From contig CALWZU010000026.1 in assembly GCA_944386095.1 (NCBI GenBank), positions 1,184-65,183 of the forward strand: a DNA stretch of 64,000 nucleotides, in the 5' to 3' direction. Under the pieces are notes generated by a model that was given only the letters and a program-made list of their open reading frames with translations, was not told the DNA's origin and ran no database searches. Of this stretch, positions 27,658 to 36,658 are shown piece by piece. Position numbers and translations under genes: made by a program. This stretch comes from an uncultured Clostridia bacterium (GTDB lineage Bacteria > Bacillota > Clostridia > Peptostreptococcales > Anaerovoracaceae). Position 1 is the first letter of the stretch. Each line of letters opens with the position of its first letter.

Positions 27658-29427
27658 ATGCCATTTGACGGAATCGTTACCGCCTGCGTCGCGCGGGATC
27701 TAAGCAACGCCCTTGCCGGCGGAAAAATCGAAAAAATATATCAGCCTGAACAGGATGAGATCGTCTTGTCCGTTCACAGGGACAAGGAAAAATACAAGGT
27801 GTTTCTCACCTCCAACAGTATGAACAGCCGCCTTCATTTCATATCCGAAATGCCGCCCAATCCCCCTCAGCCCCCTACCTTCTGCATGCTTTTAAGAAAA
27901 CATCTGCAATCGGGTAAGATCTCCAGGGTTCTGCAAAAGGATACGGAAAGAATCGTAGAGTTTTGGATCGATTCCTTCAGCGAGCTTGGTTATCCCATCA
28001 CAAAAAAGCTTATCGTTGAAATCATGGGAAAGCACAGCAACATCGTTTTGGTGGACGGGGAAAGGGATCGCATCATCGACTGTATCAAACGGGTTTCCGT
28101 AGACGTCAACCGCTACCGTCAGCTTCTGCCCGGTATGCCCTATGTATACCCTCCCTCCCAGGGAAAACTCCCTTTTACCGGCCTTTCTTCTCAGGATCTT
28201 GTCTCCATCGTAAAAAGCGGCAAAGGCTCCTTATATCAGGCTCTGGTCCAGGGGATCATGGGCTTCAGCCCCTTTTCCGCCTCCGCTTTATGCCTTCGCC
28301 AGGGACTGGATCCGGCAATGCCTGCGGCCCAGCTGACAGAAAGGGAGCTTTCCCGGCTTTTTGACGGGCTTTCTGAAATGTGCCGCTTTATCCAGACCGG
28401 CCGGGATTTCTGCCGGATCTGGTTTGATGAAACGGGAACGCCTGTGGATTTTCACTGCTTTGACCATCTGGATTATTCCCGGATATATTCCTTTGAAAGT
28501 CCGGAAGATGTAAGCCGGTGCACAGAGCTGTTTTACCAGAAAAAATCCTCCTCCAACCGGCTGAAGCAAAAATCCGCCGATCTTTCCAAGGTTCTTTCCT
28601 CCGCTCTCAGCAAGCTGTATCTGAAGCAGGACAGGCTTACCCAGGAGATCCTCCAGGCGGAAAAGGCCGACCGCTATCGTCTCATGGGCGAGCTTTTGCT
28701 GGCCAATCTGTATCAGATCAGGCCCGGCATGAAAAGCATCACCGTAGAAAACTACTACGATCAAACACAGCTTGTGATCCCGCTGGATCCTCTGCTTTCC
28801 CCTTCCGATAATTCTCAGCGGTATTATAAAAAATACAACAAGGCCAAAACGGCGCTGAAGGAAAAAAACATCCAGAAAAACGAAACTCAAAAGGAAATCG
28901 CTTATCTGGAATCCGTGCAGCAGACCCTGGAAAACGCGGGGGATTATACGGATGTGGAGGTCATCCGCCAGGAGCTTACAGAGGGCGGCTACCTTCGCCG
29001 AAGATCCGAAAAGAAAATAAAAAAAGCCTCCACCTTGCCTCCTCATACCTTCTATACCGCGGGAGGGCTTAAAATTCAGGCAGGAAGAAACAACCGGCAA
29101 AACGACGCTTTGACCTTAAAAACCGCCGCCGCAAACGACATCTGGCTGCATACCAAGGATATTCCCGGCACCCATGTGATTTTGTCCACAAACGGCGCCG
29201 AGCCCTCCCTGCAGGATCTGCGGGAAGCCGCCGGCGTCGCCGCCTATTTCAGTAAGGGCAGCATGTCGGAAAACATCCCGGTGGATTATACCAAAGTCAA
29301 ATTCGTAAAAAAACCGGCGGGGGCCAAGCCGGGGATGGTGATTTTTACCCACAACCGCACCCTTTACGTAAATCCCGCCCTTCCCTCTAATCCCGCCCCG
29401 GATGAAAAAGCTTCCGGAGAATCATAG
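27658..29427 (+). CDS. rqcH: ribosome quality-control factor RqcH (NFACT / FbpA family)
   Basis: MPFDGIVTACVARDL...GGKIEKIYQP (NFACT-N), central coiled coil, and C-terminal DIWLHTKDIPGTHVIL...VDYT.VK.VKKP. Confidence 0.9.
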   Translation: MPFDGIVTACVARDLSNALAGGKIEKIYQPEQDEIVLSVHRDKEKYKVFLTSNSMNSRLHFISEMPPNPPQPPTFCMLLRKHLQSGKISRVLQKDTERIVEFWIDSFSELGYPITKKLIVEIMGKHSNIVLVDGERDRIIDCIKRVSVDVNRYRQLLPGMPYVYPPSQGKLPFTGLSSQDLVSIVKSGKGSLYQALVQGIMGFSPFSASALCLRQGLDPAMPAAQLTERELSRLFDGLSEMCRFIQTGRDFCRIWFDETGTPVDFHCFDHLDYSRIYSFESPEDVSRCTELFYQKKSSSNRLKQKSADLSKVLSSALSKLYLKQDRLTQEILQAEKADRYRLMGELLLANLYQIRPGMKSITVENYYDQTQLVIPLDPLLSPSDNSQRYYKKYNKAKTALKEKNIQKNETQKEIAYLESVQQTLENAGDYTDVEVIRQELTEGGYLRRRSEKKIKKASTLPPHTFYTAGGLKIQAGRNNRQNDALTLKTAAANDIWLHTKDIPGTHVILSTNGAEPSLQDLREAAGVAAYFSKGSMSENIPVDYTKVKFVKKPAGAKPGMVIFTHNRTLYVNPALPSNPAPDEKASGES

Positions 29428-29653
29428 GCGGCCTTTGTGCCTCCTCTTCAAAAGCCCGCCGGAAAAGCGGGCTTCATCAAAAGATAAAGGCGCCGGTATC
29501 TGCTTTTTTACACCGAGATAAATATGTCGAAAATCCGACAGCTTATGTTACTTTGATTGCAATTTTTTCAAATTTCTTCCATACTTATACCAGGCTTGCT
29601 TTGACGGGGCAAAATCAAAAATAAAAGCTTCCGCTGGGGGAAAGGAGTCATGG

Positions 29654-29857
29654 ATGGAAAAGGTTTGCAAAAAAAGGGGAAGAAGCCCAAAGCCCGCTTT
29701 GGAGCTGGGCAGTCTGCGGGAGGCCGGTTACATTTTAGAGGAAAAAACGGATTACGGGGCTAAGTGCTGCGCCCTGTGCGGCAGCGCCCTGCCGGGGATC
29801 TCCTTTAAAAACAAATGCCTGTGCCTTCGCTGCCTTCAATATGTGAAATCCAATTAA
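29654..29857 (+). CDS. 67-aa protein with AT-hook-like N-terminus and CxxC...CxxC zinc-ribbon-like C-terminus
   Basis: RBS GGAAAGGAG. KKRGRSPKP, then CCALCGS...CLCLRC. Has its own terminator. Confidence 0.55.
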   Translation: MEKVCKKRGRSPKPALELGSLREAGYILEEKTDYGAKCCALCGSALPGISFKNKCLCLRCLQYVKSN

Positions 29858-29867
29858 AACTTATGTT

Positions 29868-29893
29868 AAGAACCCCTAAAAGGGTTCTTTTTC
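29868..29893 (+). terminator. terminator of the small Cys-rich gene
   Basis: AAGAACCC-CTAAAA-GGGTTCTT followed by TTT. Confidence 0.7.
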
Positions 29894-29942
29894 ATCTCCT
29901 GCTGTGATATGATGAAGCCAACGGCAAGGAGAGGAGGCTCTT

Positions 29943-30731
29943 ATGCAAAACAGGAAAAAGGATATTCTGAACCTGGCCCTTTACGCCGGGGAAATCATGC
30001 TCCGCAGCGGAGGCGAAACCTACCGGGTGGAAGAAACCATGCTGCGCCTTTGCGGCGCCTGCGGCATCCCAAGAGTGGAAACCTTCGTGACCCCAACAGG
30101 CATTTTTCTTTCTATCGATGATGAAGGAAACGATAACGCCACCTTCACCTTCCAAAAAAGGATCCGCAGCCGTGAAATCGACCTTTCCAAGGTTTCCCGG
30201 GTCAATGATTTTTCCCGGGCCTTTTCTCCCGAAAAAATGAGCATGACAGAGGGCATGGCTCTTTTAAAGCAAATCGACGGGCCTCCCCGCTATCCTCTCT
30301 GGATGCGCAGCCTGATGGCCGGCGTGGCGGCCGCGTCCTTTACCGGTATGTCGGGGGGGCAGTCCAACGATATGCTCTGCTCCCTTGGCATCGGCGTTTT
30401 CATATACAGCCTTCTTTCCTTTCACGACAGGCTCCAGGAAAACACCTTTATCAAGACCCTTCTGGCCGCCGCCGTAGGCTCCTTTCTGGCGCTTCTGTGC
30501 GGCTATTTCAGGCTCTGCACCTCCATTGACACCCTGATTATCGGCGCCATCATGATCCTGCTTCCGGGGGTTGCCATTACAAACGCCATTCGGGATTCTC
30601 TTTCCGCCGATCTTCTGTCAGGAATGGTCAGAGCCTTTGAAGCTCTGATCACGGCGGTTTCTATCGCGGTAGGTGTAGGCCTTGCCATCGCCTTTTTCGC
30701 ATTTTTAAGCGGAGGTGGGATCCATGGTTGA
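29943..30731 (+). CDS. threonine/serine exporter family protein (ThrE N-part, DUF1212)
   Basis: LALYAGEIMLRSGGETYRVEETM, followed by multiple TM segments. Confidence 0.85.
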   Translation: MQNRKKDILNLALYAGEIMLRSGGETYRVEETMLRLCGACGIPRVETFVTPTGIFLSIDDEGNDNATFTFQKRIRSREIDLSKVSRVNDFSRAFSPEKMSMTEGMALLKQIDGPPRYPLWMRSLMAGVAAASFTGMSGGQSNDMLCSLGIGVFIYSLLSFHDRLQENTFIKTLLAAAVGSFLALLCGYFRLCTSIDTLIIGAIMILLPGVAITNAIRDSLSADLLSGMVRAFEALITAVSIAVGVGLAIAFFAFLSGGGIHG

Positions 30732-31197
30732 AGCTTTTCTTCTGGCCGCCTGCGGCACTCTGGGCTATGCCTTTGTTTACAACATCCCAAAACGGCTGAT
30801 TCCTCTGGCGGCTCTCACAGGCGCCTGTGGCTGGCTGGTTTATTCCCAGTTTCCTCAGCAGCCCATCACAGGCTGTTTCCTGGCGGCTCTGACGGTAGGA
30901 GTCCTCAGCGAAATCCTCTCCCGCCTTTTCAAGGACGCCGCTACCCTTTTCATTTTACCGGGAATTCTCCCCCTTGTTCCGGGGGCCAGGATGTACAGGA
31001 TGATCCTCGCCCTGATGGAGCAGAATTTCGACAGGGCAGGCGGCCTGTTTATCGAAGTCATGTCCTTTGCGGGGAGCATCGCAATCGCCCTGCTGCTTGC
31101 CACCTCTTTATTCCGCTTTCTGTTTCGCAAAAGCCGACGGCTTCCCGAAAGGGAAGAATCACCCCCAGACAGGCATCCCGAAGATCTTTCTCACTGA
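30724..31197 (+). CDS. threonine/serine exporter family protein (ThrE C-part, DUF3815)
   Basis: ATG after GGAGGTGGG, overlapping the upstream stop. Four hydrophobic segments. Typical two-gene ThrE arrangement. Confidence 0.8.
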   Translation: MVEAFLLAACGTLGYAFVYNIPKRLIPLAALTGACGWLVYSQFPQQPITGCFLAALTVGVLSEILSRLFKDAATLFILPGILPLVPGARMYRMILALMEQNFDRAGGLFIEVMSFAGSIAIALLLATSLFRFLFRKSRRLPEREESPPDRHPEDLSH

Positions 31198-32138
31198 TTG
31201 CCCCGCAAGGCCTTCAGCGTTTTTTCGAATTCCTCCGGCAGCGGCGCGTGAAACTCCATATATTTTTCCGTTACAGGATGAATAAAGCCCAAGGTCCTGG
31301 CATGCAGCATCTGAGTGGATATACCCATAACAGGTTTTTTCGGTCCATAAACCATATCTCCCATTAAGGGATGGTGGATAAAGGCCATATGGACCCGGAT
31401 CTGATGGGTCCTTCCCGTTTCCAGCCTGGCCTGGATCCTTGTAAAACGGCCGAAACGCTCTAAAACCTCCCAGTGAGTGACAGCTCTTTTTCCCTTTTGC
31501 GCCAGCACGGCCATACGCAGCCGGTTTTCAGGATCTCTTCCCAGGGGCTGATCTATCGTTCCCCGATCCTCCTTCAGATTGTCATAAACCAGCGCCTCAT
31601 AGACCCTTGTGATGGAATGGGCCTTCAGCTGAGCCGCCAGGGAAAGATGGGCCTTATCATTTTTTGCCGCCATAAGCAGCCCGCTGGTATTTTTATCGAT
31701 CCGGTGTACAATGCCCGGCCGGATCACCCCGCCAATAGAGGAAAGATCCCGGCAATGATAAAGAAGCGCATTTACAAGGGTACCGCTTTCATTTCCCGGC
31801 GCCGGATGCACCACCATTCCTTTCGGCTTATTGACCACGATCACAGCCTCATCCTCATAAACCACAGCAAGCGGAATCGGCTCCGGCTGGGCTTTGACCG
31901 GCCTGGGAGGAGGAAAGCGCAGCAATATCCGGTCTCCCGGCCTGACCTTTTGCTTTTTCAGTCCCTGGGCCGTTCCGTTGACAAAAACCATTCCCTGCTC
32001 CATCAGCTTTTGCAGATAGGTCCTGGAGAGGGATTCATCGGTGACAGCAGCCAAATATACATCAAGACGCATACCGGCCGCCTCCGGTTCCACTTCAAAC
32101 AGCACCTCTTCCTCTTGCCGGTTATTTTCCTGTGTCAT
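31191..32138 (-). CDS. rluD: RluA/RluD-family 23S rRNA pseudouridine synthase
   Basis: S4-like N-terminus (RLDVYLA), HRIDKNTSGLL, and a GRTHQIRVH-type block. Confidence 0.9.
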   Translation of the reverse strand: MTQENNRQEEEVLFEVEPEAAGMRLDVYLAAVTDESLSRTYLQKLMEQGMVFVNGTAQGLKKQKVRPGDRILLRFPPPRPVKAQPEPIPLAVVYEDEAVIVVNKPKGMVVHPAPGNESGTLVNALLYHCRDLSSIGGVIRPGIVHRIDKNTSGLLMAAKNDKAHLSLAAQLKAHSITRVYEALVYDNLKEDRGTIDQPLGRDPENRLRMAVLAQKGKRAVTHWEVLERFGRFTRIQARLETGRTHQIRVHMAFIHHPLMGDMVYGPKKPVMGISTQMLHARTLGFIHPVTEKYMEFHAPLPEEFEKTLKALRGNQ

Positions 32139-32200
32139 AACAGCCTGCCTTTCTTTTGAAATTGAGGGAAAACACCCCCTTCGGCGGCGTTTTCCCCGTT

Positions 32201-32237
32201 AAAAAGCCCTCGCCGGAGCAGTTTCCCGGGCAAGGGC
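32201..32237 (-). terminator. terminator after lspA
   Basis: Minus strand has an imperfect stem GCCCTTGCCCGG...CCGGCGAGGGC followed by TTTTT. Confidence 0.45.
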
Positions 32238-32274
32238 CTATTTACGGATTCCGGCGGCCTGTCAGGAGGCCTGT

Positions 32275-32748
32275 TCAGGATGCTTCCTGTTCGGGATCGG
32301 CCTTTGAAAACAGCAAAGCGCTCATCAAAAGCAAAAACGCACCGATCACGATACAACAGTCGGCAAAATTGAACACGGGAAACTGGATCAAACGGACATC
32401 CAAAAAATCGATCACATAGCCAAGACGGACCCGGTCTATGATATTTCCCACGCCGCCGCCTACGATCATGGCAAGGCTGATGCTGGTCATGACATCAAAG
32501 GTGCGGATATGCCGAAGCAACACAAATAATACGGCAATCATCACCGCCCCGGTCAGAAGGATCAAAAAAGCCTGCCGGTGCTGAAGTATGCTGAAGGCCG
32601 CTCCAAAATTCTGAACATACGTAAAATGAAATACGCCGTCAATCACAGGTATGCTCTGACCGATTGCAAGCGTATTTACCACCACGTATTTAATCAGCTG
32701 GTCAATTGCGACGATCCCCAGGATCACCGCGAAAACTGCAACATACAT
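32275..32748 (-). CDS. lspA: lipoprotein signal peptidase II
   Basis: VQNFGAAFS, GGGVGNIIDR, FPVFNFAD. Confidence 0.95.
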   Translation of the reverse strand: MYVAVFAVILGIVAIDQLIKYVVVNTLAIGQSIPVIDGVFHFTYVQNFGAAFSILQHRQAFLILLTGAVMIAVLFVLLRHIRTFDVMTSISLAMIVGGGVGNIIDRVRLGYVIDFLDVRLIQFPVFNFADCCIVIGAFLLLMSALLFSKADPEQEAS

Positions 32749-32763
32749 AGGGTTTTGTCTCTC

Positions 32764-33309
32764 CTAAATTAGCTGTCCGATGTCGCTGATATTGACCGTA
32801 CCCTCGTCTTTTTCCTTGTCCTGCTGGGATTTTTCATCTCTGCTCAGCTCATCGCTGTAAAACAGTTCCTGGGTGAGTACATCGAATTTTTCCAGTTCGG
32901 ATTCCAACAGGGTTTTATATCTGGTGTTGAAAATATTGAGCCTGTTTTTTAACTGCTGGTATTCGTCTTTACAGCGCTCTACATTTTCCTTTGCCTCCCG
33001 GACAATCACCTCAGCGTCCAGCTCCGCGTTTTTCAAAAGGATTTTCGCGCGTTTTTCAGCGCTTTCCGAAATGTCCTGCATCAGGCTTTTTGTCGTGGCC
33101 AGGGTTTCCATTACGGAATCCTCCGCCCGGGTCTTTTTTTCCAGTTCCTTTTCAAGGTCGCTGATTTTCTGCTTTAACAGCCGGTTATCCTCCAGCAGCT
33201 TTTCATAATCCAGCGTCAGCATATCCAGGAACTGATCCACTTCATCTTCCTTATAGCCCCGGACGCCCTTGGAAAATTCTTTGTTTTGAATATCCAGCGG
33301 CATGATCAT
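32764..33309 (-). CDS. divIVA: DivIVA domain protein
   Basis: MIMPLDIQNKEFSKGVRGYKEDEVDQFLD followed by a coiled coil. RBS GGTGGAGGTG. Confidence 0.9.
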   Translation of the reverse strand: MIMPLDIQNKEFSKGVRGYKEDEVDQFLDMLTLDYEKLLEDNRLLKQKISDLEKELEKKTRAEDSVMETLATTKSLMQDISESAEKRAKILLKNAELDAEVIVREAKENVERCKDEYQQLKNRLNIFNTRYKTLLESELEKFDVLTQELFYSDELSRDEKSQQDKEKDEGTVNISDIGQLI

Positions 33310-33327
33310 AGCGTCAAACACCTCCAC

Positions 33328-33603
33328 CTACATTCCCACTCCAATAATAATGCTACATAACACTCTGTAAATCACCGTCAAAAGCAAAAGGGCCAGCACC
33401 GGTGAAAAATCAAGTCCAAAATTGCCCTGGAACCGGTACAAAAGCCTCCTGCAAGGAGCAAGCAGCGGTTCCGTGATCTGATGAAGAATCATGTAAAGGC
33501 GATTGTAGGGGTCTCTGATAAACCAGCTCAAAATGACTCTCGCCACAATCAAAAACGAAAGTATGTCATAAAAAACGCTCAGCGCTTTTAATACTGCCCA
33601 CAT
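33328..33603 (-). CDS. yggT: YggT family membrane protein
   Basis: 91 aa, two TM segments. LIVARVILSWF....N......ITEP.L.P.R. Ends in TAG. Confidence 0.85.
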   Translation of the reverse strand: MWAVLKALSVFYDILSFLIVARVILSWFIRDPYNRLYMILHQITEPLLAPCRRLLYRFQGNFGLDFSPVLALLLLTVIYRVLCSIIIGVGM

Positions 33604-33615
33604 AAAGTGTTCTCC

Positions 33616-34090
33616 CTATCTGAAAATGCTGCTTTTCGGCGAGGGCTGATAATCTTTCAGATCCAGATTGGAAGAAATATCTACATTTTCCGGCGCAAAG
33701 ACAAAAATATTATTGGCAACCTTCTGGACGCTGCCGTCAGCCGCATAAGTAGCGCCGCTGACAAAGTCGAAAATCCTCTTTGCCACATCGGTTTCCACTT
33801 TTTCCAGATTGATGATAACGGGTTTTTTGTTTTTCAGGTTATCCACGATTTTAGGACATTCCTCAAAGTTGCTGGGTTCATGAACGACCAGCTTCATATG
33901 GCCCTTCTGCTGCAGATTGACAACCTTATTGTCTCTTGTCTGGCTGCTGATGGGCAGGACAGGGCGGGAATAATCCCTGGAATAATCCTTTTCCAAAGCC
34001 TTTTTTTTCTTCGTAATCATCTTCATCCTCATCGTCAACCGTCTCTATGCCAATCAGGTATTTCATCTTTTCCAGAATTCCTTCGCTCAT
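33616..34090 (-). pseudogene. sepF: cell division protein SepF, frameshifted at an A8 run as sequenced
   Basis: The conserved C-terminal domain (KPVIINLEKVETDVAKRIFDFVSGATYAADGSV) is in the track ORF 33616..34038. The typical SepF N-terminus MSEGILEKMKYLIGIETVDDEDEDDYEEKK starts at ATG 34090 after GGAGGG, but in another frame. Confidence 0.8.
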
Positions 34091-34139
34091 AATTTCCCTC
34101 CACTTATGATTTCGCTAATGTTTTATTTTATTCCCCGCA

Positions 34140-34838
34140 TTATATATTGTAGTTACGGGGACCAAAGATAGCCGAACCGATACGTACCATGGTAGCCCCT
34201 TCCTCGATGGCCACCTCATAGTCGCCGGACATGCCCATGGACAGGTGTTCAAAATCCATGCGGCTGTTTTTGATCTCTTTATACTGATCAAAATATTCCT
34301 TTACCTGCCTGAAATACACCCTGACGTTTTCCGGATCCGGATCGTAGGGCGCGATGGTCATCAGGCCCTTGACCTTGATATGTTCGCAGCTGCCGGTGAT
34401 GCTTTCCAGAAGATTTTCAAAGCCTTCCTTATCGATACCAAACTTGGATTCCTCTCCGGCGGCATTGATCTGTATCAGGATTTGAGCGGTAATGCCTTTC
34501 TCTCCCGCCCTTTTGTTGATTTCTTCCGCCAGCTTCACCGAATCCACCGAATGGATCAGGCAGACCTTATCGATGATATATTTCACCTTGTTGGTCTGCA
34601 AGTGCCCGATCATGTGCCATCTGACCGGATCCACCTGATCGTACTTGTCCATGATTTCCTGGACCTTGTTTTCCCCGATGTCCGTGATACCCCAGGAAAT
34701 GGCCGTATTCATTTCCTGAGGGGTTCTGGTCTTGGTTACGCCGATCAGAAGGACGTCTTCCCGTTTCCTTCCGCAGCGCCGGCAGATCTGCGCGATATTT
34801 TCATCCAAGCGTTGCAGGTTCTCAAATATGCTATTCAT
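34140..34838 (-). CDS. yggS: YggS family pyridoxal-phosphate homeostasis protein
   Basis: LLIGVTKT (PLP lysine), HMIGHLQTNK, LSMGMSGDYEVAIEEGATMVRIGSAIFG. Confidence 0.9.
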   Translation of the reverse strand: MNSIFENLQRLDENIAQICRRCGRKREDVLLIGVTKTRTPQEMNTAISWGITDIGENKVQEIMDKYDQVDPVRWHMIGHLQTNKVKYIIDKVCLIHSVDSVKLAEEINKRAGEKGITAQILIQINAAGEESKFGIDKEGFENLLESITGSCEHIKVKGLMTIAPYDPDPENVRVYFRQVKEYFDQYKEIKNSRMDFEHLSMGMSGDYEVAIEEGATMVRIGSAIFGPRNYNI

Positions 34839-35790
34839 CTTTCTCGTCTCCTTCCGGCGCCGGCAGGCTGGATCCATTGGTGAGGATCTCATCATAAGCG
34901 CTGACCGTCGTCACTTTCTGGCTGCCCTCATCCGTCGTTTCCGTATAGGAATCCATCGCTACCAGCACATCCTCTCCGCTGATCATGTAAATATGAACCG
35001 GTGTGAATTTATATTCACCGTTGATCTGCTTCACATAGACGCCGGGTTTTCCATCAACCGTCACCAGACTCTGGGATTTCAGCCGAAGGCCTTCCTCGTC
35101 CACCGTGATGATCTGGGCGTCAAGCTTTCTGTCCTTTGTATAATTCTCGTAATATCTGCTGGTCTTAAGCACCACCAGGTAATCCTGATTTTGGGTGATG
35201 ATGTCATCCACCACCGCCTCTATCCTGGAATCGCCCAGCACCACGCCTACGGAATTTCCTTTATTATAATTGACAACCGTCTCGTTGTCACACCAAAAAA
35301 CCAGATACCAGTAATTTCCGGCAATGGTTTTGAATAGGATCTGGCCTTCTTCGGCGGTTTGCGCAACAACGTTTTCCGTTTGCAGGTTCATGGACTCCAT
35401 CTCGGATTTACGCATCTGTGACAGGCGCCGGGGATTGAAATATTCCTCCTGCCCGTCTACATAATAGCCGATGGTGCCTGTTTGCGCCTCCTGATAAGGC
35501 CTTTCCCCTACCCGCAGCACCGTTGTGCCCTTTCTCACCTTTGTTCCTTCATCATAATAATAGGCAATGTCTCCGGCGTTTTCCGCTACGGTAACGCTTT
35601 CGTCCCGCACCAGATAACATTCTACTTCCTGTGACACAAGCACATTGCTGTACTGGGCCACATAGGTTTCCGCCAGAGAGCCCCAAATCCCGGGAAAGAC
35701 ATAGGCAACGGCCACAAGCACGGCAACGGCGAGAAACCATATCAGCCAAAGCATTTTTCGATAGCCTTTTCTCGATTGTTTCGTTTCCAT
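34831..35790 (-). CDS. membrane-anchored protein, HlyD-like barrel-sandwich type (function unknown)
   Basis: N-terminal TM MLWLIWFLAVAVLVAVAYVF followed by a beta-rich body. Sits at the head of the yggS-sepF-yggT-divIVA cluster. Confidence 0.55.
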   Translation of the reverse strand: METKQSRKGYRKMLWLIWFLAVAVLVAVAYVFPGIWGSLAETYVAQYSNVLVSQEVECYLVRDESVTVAENAGDIAYYYDEGTKVRKGTTVLRVGERPYQEAQTGTIGYYVDGQEEYFNPRRLSQMRKSEMESMNLQTENVVAQTAEEGQILFKTIAGNYWYLVFWCDNETVVNYNKGNSVGVVLGDSRIEAVVDDIITQNQDYLVVLKTSRYYENYTKDRKLDAQIITVDEEGLRLKSQSLVTVDGKPGVYVKQINGEYKFTPVHIYMISGEDVLVAMDSYTETTDEGSQKVTTVSAYDEILTNGSSLPAPEGDEKDE

Positions 35791-35927
35791 TTCTTTTCAT
35801 TCCCGTTATTTTCTTCTGTTTTTTTATAAATATGTTCTTTATTTTACCACATTTATAGAGGCAAGCACAACTAATTTTAAGAGATTTCCTTAAGCAAGGT
35901 TTGTAAAAAGGCCCTTCCTCTTTTAAC

Positions 35928-35956
35928 AGTATAGCATCCAGTCCCTGTCATTGCAA
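35928..35956 (-). promoter_or_regulatory. putative sigma-A promoter upstream of the HlyD-like gene
   Basis: Minus strand has TTGCAA, a 17-nt spacer, then TATACT. A second candidate, TTGTGC-18-TAAAAT (TG-extended), lies at 35841-35870. Confidence 0.4.
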
Positions 35957-36089
35957 ATTATCTCCCCTTTCTTCAGAAAAAAGAAAAAAATAAAACGCCC
36001 TGTCCCGCTAAACGTTTTTTGAAACGCCGGGAAAAGCTTCTTATTTTCTTTACGCTCCCTGCCAGATCCGCTTTTTGCTTTAACCCTCT

Positions 36090-36476
36090 TTACCGCAGAG
36101 CGAAGCGATCCTGCAGATAGGCTTGTCCTTTTTCCTGCAGATCCATGACCTGCCCCATCAGCTCCAGGATCTGCCTGCTGTTTTCGCAGATTTTGCCGGT
36201 TCTTGCCCAAAGGCTGTTTTCCTGCCGGAAAAGAGCTTCCCGGTTTTGAGGCCGGCGGTTTTCCATCTCCATATTCTGAACCATAGCGGAAATCACGCTG
36301 AGCCGGTCGCATATCTGGTGCTGCAGCTCCCGAAGGCTTTCCAAATGATGCTCTGATAGAAGCGCCCTTTCTTCTTCCTCCTGCCGTCTTTTTTCCTCAC
36401 TGCATTTTCGGCTTTCCGCCGGATTCCCAAAATTGACATAAACCAGATTGTTTTCGGCATATTTAGTTATTTCCAC
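36090..36476 (-). CDS. hypothetical coiled-coil protein
   Basis: Track ORF. The likely start is the GTG at 36476, 8 nt after GGGGG. Gln/Glu/Arg-rich with no recognisable motif. Confidence 0.45.
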   Translation of the reverse strand: MEITKYAENNLVYVNFGNPAESRKCSEEKRRQEEEERALLSEHHLESLRELQHQICDRLSVISAMVQNMEMENRRPQNREALFRQENSLWARTGKICENSRQILELMGQVMDLQEKGQAYLQDRFALR

Positions 36477-36559
36477 TTCACACACCCCCTTATATAGTAA
36501 TTATAATCCATCATTTTGGGATTTCAACCGGCATTCGCCATTCAAATTTCTCCAAAAAA

Positions 36560-36606
36560 CGACAAAAACAAAAACAGCCGTTTCTTCCTTCCGAAGATTT
36601 CGGCTG
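36560..36606 (-). terminator. terminator of spoIVA
   Basis: Minus strand has CAGCCG...CGGCTG (with an inner CCGAA-ATC-TTCGG stem) followed by TTTTTGTTTTTG. Confidence 0.6.
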
Positions 36607-36658
36607 CTTGTTGCCCCTGCTTTTTCAGAGCTCTTTTTCCGCTTTTGCGGCCTATAAC

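Noticed and set aside
31191-31197. A 7-nt 3'-end overlap of the convergent rluD and ThrE-family genes (TCACTGA) with no terminator between them.
   Set aside because: Short convergent overlaps are common in compact genomes. No hairpin or extra feature was found, so it is not evidence of any special mechanism.
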